In this document: positions 10,216-20,247 of the stretch, piece after piece
How the letters are laid out: each line of letters opens with the position of its first letter
How positions within the stretch are numbered: the first letter of the stretch is position 1
From: a virus
Virus record (IMG/VR): IMGVR_UViG_3300029955_000013
Location: 1-64,000 of that record
Reading direction: 5' to 3' (one strand)
Length of the DNA: 64,000 bases
The notes under the pieces: model-generated
Seen by the model: only the letters and a program-made list of their open reading frames with translations
The model's database searches: none
Told to the model about the DNA's origin: nothing
Position numbers and translations under genes: made by a program

Positions 10216-13200
10216 ATGTTCTATCAAAATACGTACATCCCGGGCCCATACAAGCCTGATTACTACACTTCGGTCGATGAGGCTAATGCTGACATAGTTA
10301 TGCAGTCGAGGTATCCCGGCATGAGCGTATACATAATAGACACATCAAACATACTCACCGAGTACTGGTACAAGGACGACATAAGCGACGGTGGCCTGAT
10401 CCCTAAAATTCTTTCCGCGCCTGGGACGGTGACTGTTGAAGAGGATCCAGTCTGGGAGGCGGAGAAGGTAAACTACTACGAGAAAACACAAGTGGACACC
10501 TTGCTGACGGCCAAGGCCGATCTGGTGGATGGAATAGTGCCGTCTAATCAGTTGCCTGACATGATAATACCTCACCACGTCACTAACTATAGCGCGCTGC
10601 CAGACCCGACAACTGTAGCTAATCAAACATACTTCGTTCTAAATTCGCAAGGCACAAAATGGCTCCCAGGGTCGCTCGGTGGTACGTACTACCCGGTAGG
10701 CATTTATTACAGCGACGGCACCCAATGGATATACATGGGCGAGTTCGCGTACCAGGCGACACAATCGGACACGAACGCGGAAGCCAACAACACCAACTTT
10801 GTAACGCCTTTCACCCTCGGCGGATGGGCTACACAGAAAACTTTCTCGTCTGGAGATCTCGCCGGAACTGTGACGACACCTACTATAAAGGGCGGCGTCG
10901 TCATAAATGACGTTAGCGCATCAGCCGCGGCAGACTTCGCGAACAGGCAATTAAAAATAGGGGCGCTAATATCTATAGACTGGTCTTCAGCATTAAAACT
11001 ACCACAGCTTGCGAACAGTAGCTCGACATCATTTCTTCAAACCAGTGCTGACGGCACAGTATCAGCAGTACCGGTACCGGTCACAAGTGTTTTAGGGAGG
11101 ACCGGCAACGTCGCAGCGACTGACGGCGACTACGACACTTCTCTTGTAACAGAAAACGGAAACTTATATTTCCTTAACAGTAGGGCTATCGGTGCCACCC
11201 TGACCGCTTATGCCGCTGGCGCAGGCATAGTTTCATCTACAGACTCCATAATCTCGGCCATTCAAAAGTTAGACGGAAACATTGGCGGCCTTGTCACTGG
11301 CGTTAGCTCTTTTAATACAAGGGCAGGGGCGGTAACACTATCTTCAGGCGACGTAACGGGAGCTTTGGGATTCACCCCTATGAATGGCAGTGCGACTCTA
11401 CAGACTATATCCAACAATGGAAACGCCACTACAACCGCCATATCTGCACAAAATTACATAGTGACCGGCACAACGGGTAGTGGCTATATATTTTTACCTA
11501 CACAGACAGTAGCCCCTACAACGCCTATAGGTGGTGACAACTTATACCACTTATCTACTGGTCTTACTTGGATGGGTGCTTCCGGTTTCTCGAAAACGTT
11601 CTCAGGATCAGGACTAACAGCAAGCCGTGTCTACACGCTACCAGATGCTAACGGAACACTGGCTCTTGCAGCCACTACTTTGGCCGGTTACGGTATAACA
11701 GACGCGTACCCTCTTATTGGTAACCCCTCTGGTTTTATAACTTCGGCCGCGCTGCCAATATCTGCAAACCCATCTGCTTCTGTAGGGCTGACTGCTGTGA
11801 ACGGAACAGCTACCACTTTCATGACCAGTGATTCTGCTCCAGCTTTAGACCAAACAATTGCACCGACGTGGACAGGGGTACACACTTTTGACAACACTGT
11901 GTTCGTAAACAACAGTCAGTTAACATCGATAGGTACGTTCAACTCTCCTACAAGCTTGGATTCCCAGACTTCTCCTATCTACGTAAACCAAAGTGTGGTA
12001 GACACATCTACTTTGGGAACAAGTGCTAATATTTTTGCTACAGGTATCTACTTAAACGGCGGTACAGTGTCGGCAACAAATGCAGCGACTTATAGCGGTA
12101 ACTTGGGTACTGTGGTCATAAGCTCTGCACCGACTGCCGGAACAAATGTTACTTTTACGGGTAATCAGTATGCTTTAAGTATCTTAACAGGAGGCGCGAG
12201 TATCAACGGTGGTCTGACTTTAGGAGGTAACGTTAGTAAAGCAGCTTGGGGCGCTACTGGTGTAGGGTTCGCTGTTAATACTGCTATTTACACAGATACC
12301 TCTACAGCAGCAAGCGGTACAGTATCAACAACTACTGCGTTTAGTTCTTTTGCAACACCGACACTTGCCACAACAAATACTGCTGTGACTTACAATGGTG
12401 TGGTTACAAACGTATACATAGCAGGCACACCGATAGCTGGTTCAAACGTTACTATACCTAACCTTTATGCTATGTATGTAGCGGCAGGAACAAGCCAGTT
12501 TCAAGGAAACGTAGTAGCTTCTGCCAACCTACAGACAGGCTTAACACTTGCGATAGGCACTACAACAGGTGGTGCAAAATTAGCAGTAGCAGGTAACTTT
12601 GCTTCATCTACTTTGTGGGGTGCCAATGGCATACAGTCAAGATTCCAATCTGCTACTTATACAGACAATATAACTGCTGCAAGCGGTACAGTATCTACAA
12701 CAACAGTTTTCAACTCTTTTGCAACACCGACACTTGCTGCAACGAATACGGGTGTCACTTACAGCGGCATTTTAGCAAATGTTTATATCGCAAGCGCACC
12801 GATAGCGGGCACAAACGTAACTGCAACAGGTACTTTATATGCACTCTATGCTGCCAGCGGAAACGTTGGAATAGTAAATAACCTATCGGTAGGCTCTTCG
12901 CTTTCTACAGTTTCAAGGTTCTCTGTAGGTAGTGGTTTGACAATACCACAGTGGGGCACGAACGGACCAGGATTTGCTTTTCAAAACGCCACCTTTACAG
13001 ACAGTTCTACCGCCGCATCAGGAACGGTATCTGCAACAACTGGCATATATACTATAGCCACTCCAGTTATTGCAGCTACTAACACAAACGTCACATACTC
13101 AGGTACAGTTGCTTCTTTGTATTTGACTGGCGCACCTATCGCTGGAACCAACGTAACGTTTACCGGAAGCCAGTACGCTTTGTATATAGCTGGTAGTGGT

Positions 13201-16200
13201 GCATACGTAACTCACGGCCTTACAGTAGGCGCAGGCGGGAACACCTCTGCTTGGGGCATCAACGGTCCAGGTTTACAAGTGATTGGTTCTAACTACACGG
13301 ATACTTCGACTGCTGCCTCTGCGACTGTCTCCAGTGCAATGATGAACACTTTTGGCACACCAACTATAATCGCGACTAACACTGGTGTGACTTATACCAC
13401 TGCAAGTACTGTATACATAAACGCAGCTCCTGCTGCCGGAACGAATGTTACTATAACAAACCCTTACGCTTTGATAGTAAACACTGGCAACACATATCTC
13501 GGTGGTGGCCTGCTCGTGGGAAGCGCAAATACTGCACCAAGTAGTGGAAACCTTATAGTAGCAGGTGTAAGTACAGGTGTAAGATATAACCCTACGAACT
13601 TGTCTTTTGCCAGCCCTGCATCAGGATTCGTAGGATTTAGAAACGCTTATACAGCAACTACAGCACAATACACACTCACTGCAAACGATAACTATGCACA
13701 GAACATATTTGGTTACTCTTCAGTTACCACAGCAGCTACAGGCACTCATGCGATGCTTGCGAATGTAGCAATAAACCCTTTAAACAGTGTAACAAGTGGT
13801 GGTGCGACAGTTACAACAACTGCATCTTTATACGTCAATGGAGCAGGTAGTGGTGGTTCAAGTAACTACGCATATTATAGTCCAAGTGGAAATACTTATT
13901 TCGGAGGAAGAGTAGGTATTCAGTCAACTTCTATAGGTAACTCATGGCTTACGGTAGGTGGCACTGGCGGTATAGCACCGTGGGGAACTACAGGTTCAAT
14001 CTTTAACGTTGTTGCATCAACCATAACAGACAACTCAACCGCAGCAAGTGGTACTGTGTCTGCGACAACTGCTTTCAACTCGTTTGGAATACCGACGCTG
14101 GCAGCTACTAACACTGGAGTTATATACTCTGGAGCAGTGTCAACAGTCTATATAGGTGGCGCACCTACTATAGGGTCGAACGTAACCCTGTCAGGTACAG
14201 CTTATGCGTTGTATGTTGGTGCAAGTAATGTTTATTTTGGTAATTCGAGTACAACACTTACAGTAAATAGAATAAACTTACCAGGAAATTCATACTCTAC
14301 AGGTATTATCGGTACTGCAGGAAATCTTTTGTCGGTTTCAGCGGGGACTATTACTGATACTTTTACAGCAGCTTCAGGTACTGTTGCAAACTATGCCGTA
14401 AGTGGGATAGGTGCTTCAACGCTTGCAGCTTCAAATACTGCAATCACGTATACCAACGCTGCAACATTCTATATCGCCGGTGCTCCAACGACTGGAACGA
14501 ACGTGGCGATTACGAATCCGTACAGTTTGTATGTCGCTGGTGGTAACACACTTTTTGCTAGCGGTACGAGTGTAGTGTTTTCTACTATAGTATTTGGTTC
14601 AACAAACTCTTCAGGTAATGCAAACTTTTTAGCTAGTGGTGGACGTACGAGTGTATCAGCCACAGACAGTAAACTACTGTTTGGTGGTGCGACAACAGTG
14701 AACTTCCGTGGAATATTCAACGGTGACAACGCATCTGGTGGTGCTATAAGCGTTGGTTCATCCTACTCGAACGTGATAGTCGGTTCATCACCTATAACAA
14801 CGGCAGCTTCTGGCACACACTCGGTCCTCGCTAATCTTGTTGTCAACCCTCTCGGCACAGTAACATCTAGTGGCGCAACGGTAACAACTACGGCTACGTT
14901 ATATGTCAACGGTGCCGGTTCTGGTGGTTCAAGTAACTATTCGATATTCTCGCCTTCTGGTAACAACTATCTTGGAGGTAGTACTACCATAGGACTTGGA
15001 TTAACTGTTGGAGGTGCAACAGTATTAAGTGGTAATATGACCTTAGCTGCTTGGGGTACAACAGGTGTAAAGTTCAATGTAGGCGCTTCAACTTTTACTG
15101 ACAACTCAACTGCCGCATCTGGAACAGTGTCTGGCACTACCGCATTTAACACTATTCAAACACCGACGCTTGCTGCCACAAACACGAGCGTAACTTACTC
15201 AGGCGATATAGCTACTTGGTATGTAGCAGGTGCACCGACAGTAGGCACAAACATTACTTCGACGGGAAACTTGTATGCCTCTTACATAAACTCCGGAGAC
15301 GCTTATTTCGGCGGTTACGTCAACGCAATTGGCGGCATCCATACTGGATCCAAGCTTACATCTAACTTGTTTGTAGAGGGTGGCACTGGTGCGATACTTT
15401 CTCAAAGCACTACAGGCTTAACTTTTGGAGGATCTTTAAGTGTTTCTTTTAGAACAGTTTTTAACGGCTCTACTTCTACTACGCTTGCAAGTGGCAATTC
15501 ATATTCAAATGTTATTGTCGGTTCCTCGCCTATAACGACTTTCACCTCAGGAACACACTCGGTCCTTGCGAACATGGTCGTCAACCCGATAGGCACAGTA
15601 ACGTCTGGCGGCGCAACAGTAACAACTACGGCTACGTTATATGTCAACGGTTCTGGTTCTGGTGGTACTTCTAACTATGCACTATTCTCATCTGGTACAA
15701 GCTTTCTTGGTGGTAGACTTGGTGTAGGAACCAATCCAAGCATAGGTAGTTCTATTTTATCTGTGGGATATAGTAACCTTTCACAAACAACTTGGGGTAC
15801 GCTTGGTGCTATTTTTAATTCAGCAACATCTACGATAACCGATAATAGCACCGCTGCATCAGGAACAGTTTCTGCAACAACCGCTTTCAACTCTTTCCAG
15901 ACACCAACACTTGCTGCCACAAATACGAGTGTCACTTATTCAGGCAACGTTGCAAATGTCTATATAGCTGGTCCACCAACCGCAGGTACAAATGTTACGT
16001 TCACAGGAAACCCTGTTGCATTGTATGCTGGAGGCCAGATATTCTCAAATTATACGAGAAACATAACTGGCACAGGTTCGACGACAGACACATACGAAAA
16101 TGCTACCATAAACCTGAGTGGTACTGCAGGTGGTACTTTCTTCTACCGTAACCAAAAGTCCTTTACAGTAAATAACTCGAGTATCCCTACAGGTGGTACA

Positions 16201-18228
16201 AGCCTACAACACATTGATATAAGTAACAACGGTACAGTAGGAGACCTGTTATATGGATGTGACATAACTATACGTCATCAACCTACTACAGGTAGTGGTA
16301 CTTATAACTATACCACTTTCCTTACTAACTATGTCCCTGCTGCTAGCTCTACTACAGTGAACACTTGGATAGGATATGGTTCAGGTGTCAACAGTCTGTC
16401 TACTGGTACACTCACTACTATGTACGGTTTCTATAACCCAGCAATTACTGTTACTAACTCTGCGCTCGGAGGATATGTAGGACTTTTACAAGGGGATGTC
16501 GTTGGTGCGACTGGTAACGTGTATGGCTACTACAACACTATGACCGCTGGTACTAACAAGTATGCTATCTATGTAAACGGCACAGCACAGTCTTCTATCG
16601 GTGGTAAGCTTACTCTTGGAGTGAGTTCTTACAATACTGCTGCTTGGGGAACTACAGGTTCTATACTTAACGTGTCAGGTTCAGCTATAACAGATAACAG
16701 CACAGCCGCAAGTGGTACTGTGAGTACTAATACTACGTTTAACTCGTTTCAGGTCCCTACCTTAGCGGCTGCTAACACTGGAGTTATATACTCTGGAGCA
16801 GTGTCAACAGTCTATATAAGTGGCGCACCTACTATAGGGTCGAACGTAACCCTGTCAGGTACAGCTTGGGCGTTCTATGTTAATGCTGGTAATACTCAGC
16901 TTGGTGGCAATACGTTGATAGGCAACGGCGCAATTCAAGGCAACGCGAGGTTATCTATTTCTGCTGGGCCGACTGGTGCCAATACAACAACTACTGGAGT
17001 CCATCTCGCAGTCAGTGGAAACACTTACACAGACAATTCAACCGCTGTATCTGGGACAGCTACATGGGCAGTTCAATCTTCATTTGGCGTACCTATATTC
17101 AACTCTACAAACACTGGCGTAACTTACACTAATGCCGCTACAGTATTGATATTAGGTGCTCCGACAGCCGGTGCAAATGCTACAATAACAAACCCTTATG
17201 CTTTGTATGTCGCTGGAGGTCAGGCAGCTTTCTTGGGCGGTATAGCTACAAGCGCAGTAAGTACAACATCAAACTTCTATGCAGCAGGTGGAGCTACTCC
17301 AGGTGCCACTGGTACTACAACGGCACAGTTCGCAAGTTCTACAGTAGCAGGATTTAGAACAATAATAAATGGTACTACAACAGCAGTACTTAACGCAAAC
17401 AGTGTATATGCTAACTTACTTGTAGGCTCTTCTCCTATAACAACTTTCACGTCAGGCACACATAGCGTACTCGCTAATCTTGTCGTCAACCCACTTGGTA
17501 CTGTAACCTCTGGTGGTGCCACAGTAACATTGACTGCAAGCCTGTACGTGAACGGTGCAGGTACTGGTGGTACAAGTAACTACGGTATATATGTTTCAGG
17601 TGCAACCGCAAACAACTTAGGAAGTGGCACGACGACTGTTGGGACACTTACCTCTACTGCACGTATCACAACGACAAGGATAACAGCTGGCGGCATACAA
17701 AGTACCGGCTTTGCTGGCATAAGCGGTGTCAACATTGCAGTACCGACAGGTGTGATAACAGATACAACATCCACAGGTACTGTGTCTACTATATACGGAC
17801 TTAGCAGCATACTTTCATCGGCGCTTGCTGCTTCTGCAAGCGGCGTCACCTACACGACTGCTGCTTCTTTGTATATAGACGGTGCGCCGACTGCCGGCAC
17901 GAACGTTACGGCAATAACAAACCCTTATAGCTTATACATAAACAGTGGTAACTCATACCTTGGCGGTGGGCTGACAATTCCGGTAGCACAGAAGGTTAAA
18001 ATAGCAACCGGCACAAACGCAATCATAGGCCAGGTCACTTTGGTTGCTGGCACCGTGACCGTTTCAACGACTTCTGTTACCGCATCAAGCTTGATATTCC
18101 TTACCATAAGTACGATCGGTGGAACGCCTGGTTTCCATTCTTCTACTATAGTTGCAGGAACCTCTTTCACTATAAATTCTACAAGTTCAACTGACACAAG
18201 TATCATAAACTGGTGGATAGTAAACTAA
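10216..18228 (+). CDS. Giant (2670 aa) repetitive tail fibre/adhesin
   Basis: Thr/Ser/Gly/Ala-rich; many ~95-aa WG..G/TDNSTAASGTV/PTLAATNT/APTAGTNVT repeats; VSSFNTRAGAVTL and GYGITDA fibre motifs. Confidence 0.8.
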   Translation: MFYQNTYIPGPYKPDYYTSVDEANADIVMQSRYPGMSVYIIDTSNILTEYWYKDDISDGGLIPKILSAPGTVTVEEDPVWEAEKVNYYEKTQVDTLLTAKADLVDGIVPSNQLPDMIIPHHVTNYSALPDPTTVANQTYFVLNSQGTKWLPGSLGGTYYPVGIYYSDGTQWIYMGEFAYQATQSDTNAEANNTNFVTPFTLGGWATQKTFSSGDLAGTVTTPTIKGGVVINDVSASAAADFANRQLKIGALISIDWSSALKLPQLANSSSTSFLQTSADGTVSAVPVPVTSVLGRTGNVAATDGDYDTSLVTENGNLYFLNSRAIGATLTAYAAGAGIVSSTDSIISAIQKLDGNIGGLVTGVSSFNTRAGAVTLSSGDVTGALGFTPMNGSATLQTISNNGNATTTAISAQNYIVTGTTGSGYIFLPTQTVAPTTPIGGDNLYHLSTGLTWMGASGFSKTFSGSGLTASRVYTLPDANGTLALAATTLAGYGITDAYPLIGNPSGFITSAALPISANPSASVGLTAVNGTATTFMTSDSAPALDQTIAPTWTGVHTFDNTVFVNNSQLTSIGTFNSPTSLDSQTSPIYVNQSVVDTSTLGTSANIFATGIYLNGGTVSATNAATYSGNLGTVVISSAPTAGTNVTFTGNQYALSILTGGASINGGLTLGGNVSKAAWGATGVGFAVNTAIYTDTSTAASGTVSTTTAFSSFATPTLATTNTAVTYNGVVTNVYIAGTPIAGSNVTIPNLYAMYVAAGTSQFQGNVVASANLQTGLTLAIGTTTGGAKLAVAGNFASSTLWGANGIQSRFQSATYTDNITAASGTVSTTTVFNSFATPTLAATNTGVTYSGILANVYIASAPIAGTNVTATGTLYALYAASGNVGIVNNLSVGSSLSTVSRFSVGSGLTIPQWGTNGPGFAFQNATFTDSSTAASGTVSATTGIYTIATPVIAATNTNVTYSGTVASLYLTGAPIAGTNVTFTGSQYALYIAGSGAYVTHGLTVGAGGNTSAWGINGPGLQVIGSNYTDTSTAASATVSSAMMNTFGTPTIIATNTGVTYTTASTVYINAAPAAGTNVTITNPYALIVNTGNTYLGGGLLVGSANTAPSSGNLIVAGVSTGVRYNPTNLSFASPASGFVGFRNAYTATTAQYTLTANDNYAQNIFGYSSVTTAATGTHAMLANVAINPLNSVTSGGATVTTTASLYVNGAGSGGSSNYAYYSPSGNTYFGGRVGIQSTSIGNSWLTVGGTGGIAPWGTTGSIFNVVASTITDNSTAASGTVSATTAFNSFGIPTLAATNTGVIYSGAVSTVYIGGAPTIGSNVTLSGTAYALYVGASNVYFGNSSTTLTVNRINLPGNSYSTGIIGTAGNLLSVSAGTITDTFTAASGTVANYAVSGIGASTLAASNTAITYTNAATFYIAGAPTTGTNVAITNPYSLYVAGGNTLFASGTSVVFSTIVFGSTNSSGNANFLASGGRTSVSATDSKLLFGGATTVNFRGIFNGDNASGGAISVGSSYSNVIVGSSPITTAASGTHSVLANLVVNPLGTVTSSGATVTTTATLYVNGAGSGGSSNYSIFSPSGNNYLGGSTTIGLGLTVGGATVLSGNMTLAAWGTTGVKFNVGASTFTDNSTAASGTVSGTTAFNTIQTPTLAATNTSVTYSGDIATWYVAGAPTVGTNITSTGNLYASYINSGDAYFGGYVNAIGGIHTGSKLTSNLFVEGGTGAILSQSTTGLTFGGSLSVSFRTVFNGSTSTTLASGNSYSNVIVGSSPITTFTSGTHSVLANMVVNPIGTVTSGGATVTTTATLYVNGSGSGGTSNYALFSSGTSFLGGRLGVGTNPSIGSSILSVGYSNLSQTTWGTLGAIFNSATSTITDNSTAASGTVSATTAFNSFQTPTLAATNTSVTYSGNVANVYIAGPPTAGTNVTFTGNPVALYAGGQIFSNYTRNITGTGSTTDTYENATINLSGTAGGTFFYRNQKSFTVNNSSIPTGGTSLQHIDISNNGTVGDLLYGCDITIRHQPTTGSGTYNYTTFLTNYVPAASSTTVNTWIGYGSGVNSLSTGTLTTMYGFYNPAITVTNSALGGYVGLLQGDVVGATGNVYGYYNTMTAGTNKYAIYVNGTAQSSIGGKLTLGVSSYNTAAWGTTGSILNVSGSAITDNSTAASGTVSTNTTFNSFQVPTLAAANTGVIYSGAVSTVYISGAPTIGSNVTLSGTAWAFYVNAGNTQLGGNTLIGNGAIQGNARLSISAGPTGANTTTTGVHLAVSGNTYTDNSTAVSGTATWAVQSSFGVPIFNSTNTGVTYTNAATVLILGAPTAGANATITNPYALYVAGGQAAFLGGIATSAVSTTSNFYAAGGATPGATGTTTAQFASSTVAGFRTIINGTTTAVLNANSVYANLLVGSSPITTFTSGTHSVLANLVVNPLGTVTSGGATVTLTASLYVNGAGTGGTSNYGIYVSGATANNLGSGTTTVGTLTSTARITTTRITAGGIQSTGFAGISGVNIAVPTGVITDTTSTGTVSTIYGLSSILSSALAASASGVTYTTAASLYIDGAPTAGTNVTAITNPYSLYINSGNSYLGGGLTIPVAQKVKIATGTNAIIGQVTLVAGTVTVSTTSVTASSLIFLTISTIGGTPGFHSSTIVAGTSFTINSTSSTDTSIINWWIVN
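14108..14203 (+). repeat. 96-bp direct repeat, copy 1 (copy 2 at 16772-16867)
   Basis: 95/96 identical by manual comparison. Confidence 0.85.
16772..16867 (+). repeat. 96-bp direct repeat, copy 2
   Basis: See 14108-14203. Confidence 0.85.
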
Positions 18229-18249
18229 TCAATTATTTAATAAACATAA

Positions 18250-18522
18250 ATGAAAAACATACAAGCGGTCAACATTAATCAGCCTGGGCCTCCGATCGGT
18301 ATTCAAAATACCATCCAAGCAACACAGCTCGTCGTTTCAATAACATCAGACAATCTCATAGACACATGCCAAATATATTTCGAGCTACAAAACGGAAACA
18401 GTAATTGCTTATACTATGGCAACATGAGCATAACAGGCGTAGACTATCAGAACTGGGGCGGCGACAACGATTATCCTTATATCTATGTCGCAAATAGATA
18501 TTTGCTGACAATAACTTCTTAA
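18250..18522 (+). CDS. Small fibre-associated protein (possible chaperone)
   Basis: 90 aa directly after giant fibre; GNMSITGVDYQNWG..DY motif. Confidence 0.55.
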   Translation: MKNIQAVNINQPGPPIGIQNTIQATQLVVSITSDNLIDTCQIYFELQNGNSNCLYYGNMSITGVDYQNWGGDNDYPYIYVANRYLLTITS

Positions 18523-18543
18523 TATTTAAAATATAAAGCGTTA

Positions 18544-20247
18544 ATGAGTCAGCAAATAAATGATAATTTTGACATAAAAGCCGGCAAATCAGTCGACGAC
18601 AAATATGGCAAAATAGTTGGTGGTAAAACTGTACCTTACGCATCTACAACGGAAGCTAACGCGGCTATCAACATAAACTATAGATACATCGGCTTGACTG
18701 TACTCATACAAGGCGAAAACGCGGAAGAGTATTGGTACCATGCCGACGTTACAGACGAGTCACTCGTGGCCAAAAGCGTATCACAATCGCTCGCCACCGT
18801 AGCTACGAGCGGAGAATACTCAGACCTTCTCGGGCTGCCTACTATACCGAATGTACCAACCGATGTATCCGCATTTACAAACGATTCTGGTTACATAACG
18901 AGCGCGGTAACACGCTTAACAGGTATCACTAATCAAGTGAGCGTGTCGGCCCCGACAGGTTCCGTTATCATATACTTACCCCAGGATATAGCGGAAACCT
19001 CATCGCCGCTTTTTGCTGGCATGGAGTTAAACGGTAGCTTCAACAGCGCCGGCAACAAACAGGGATTGAAAATAGATCCCACTCTTACAAACGTAGGTGC
19101 AGGTGAGTCTCTGGCCGGTATCGTTGTTAACCCGACGTTTAATATGCCAACGCCAATAAACACAAGCGAAGGGGTAACTATAATCACTACGAGCAACGAC
19201 TACACCACTGGCTCTCACAACGGCTGCACGGCAACAGGCGGAACAGGTACCGGCGCTACATTCAGCGTCTCGATAGCGAGCGACCACACCATAAGCAACA
19301 TATTCGTTACAAACGGTGGTGACGGCTATCAAGTAGGTGACGTGCTAACGTTGGTTGGATCTTACGGCGGAACGCTATCAATCGTTGTGAGCGTACCAGC
19401 AGTCGGGTTCAACGGCGTATCAGCCGTTGGCATCGATATACAATCGGGCTACCTAAAAATAAACGGGAGCATACTTTACACCGCGAACAACAGTATAACT
19501 TTCGGACAAGGCAACTCGTCGGCTGGTACGAGGAACATATTTCTTGGCGTACAATCTGGCACTTTAAACAGCGGCTCGTACAACACCGCCGTAGGCTTTG
19601 GTTCGATTCTGGGTCACGATTCTGGATCATACAACACAGCCGTAGGCGACCACGGCGGCTTCAGCATTGGAGCGGGCTCGTACAACACAGCATTGGGATA
19701 CTCAGCCATAGGCGCAGCAACAATAGGCGTGCCGCAGTTGCCCGGCGACAACAACACCGGAGTCGGAGCTTTCGCGCTGAGCATAATAGGGGCTGGCGCA
19801 ACATTAAATACAGCGCTTGGCTTTAACGCCGGCGCGAACCTAATAAGCGGCCAGAGCAACATAATCATAGGCAACAACATAGACGTAGCGGACCCTAACG
19901 GAAACAACCAGCTTGCAATAGGCAGCGGAGGGACGACTTGGATAGGTGGCACCGGAGGGGCTATACAGATCCCCAACCTCGCAGGCTCAGGCTCGAGGGT
20001 TGTAGTAGCCGACGCGTCAGGAAACCTAACTGCAACACAGCAGTTATCCAACATGTTCGTAACGGACGCTGACATTGTTGCAGCAATAACTGGGGCGACT
20101 TACAACTCTGGAAACAATTTTACAGCAGCGATAACACCAGCAAGTCTTAAGGTGTTCAACCAGGGATTCTGGTACAAAGACCCGGCGTCAGCGTTCCTTT
20201 ACTATGCCGTAGCAAACAACGCTTCATTCAGAATAACAGGCAGCTAA
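18544..20247 (+). CDS. Tail fibre-like protein
   Basis: LATVATSGEYSDL and SAFTNDSGY fibre motifs, YNTAVG repeats; N-terminal module shared with 10216 ORF (EAN...RY.G..V...EYWY). Confidence 0.75.
   Translation: MSQQINDNFDIKAGKSVDDKYGKIVGGKTVPYASTTEANAAININYRYIGLTVLIQGENAEEYWYHADVTDESLVAKSVSQSLATVATSGEYSDLLGLPTIPNVPTDVSAFTNDSGYITSAVTRLTGITNQVSVSAPTGSVIIYLPQDIAETSSPLFAGMELNGSFNSAGNKQGLKIDPTLTNVGAGESLAGIVVNPTFNMPTPINTSEGVTIITTSNDYTTGSHNGCTATGGTGTGATFSVSIASDHTISNIFVTNGGDGYQVGDVLTLVGSYGGTLSIVVSVPAVGFNGVSAVGIDIQSGYLKINGSILYTANNSITFGQGNSSAGTRNIFLGVQSGTLNSGSYNTAVGFGSILGHDSGSYNTAVGDHGGFSIGAGSYNTALGYSAIGAATIGVPQLPGDNNTGVGAFALSIIGAGATLNTALGFNAGANLISGQSNIIIGNNIDVADPNGNNQLAIGSGGTTWIGGTGGAIQIPNLAGSGSRVVVADASGNLTATQQLSNMFVTDADIVAAITGATYNSGNNFTAAITPASLKVFNQGFWYKDPASAFLYYAVANNASFRITGS

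Noticed and set aside
761-20247. Diversity-generating retroelement acting on fibre genes
   Set aside because: No reverse transcriptase in the window. The repeats are in-frame coding duplications without a template/variable pair showing adenine-specific differences.
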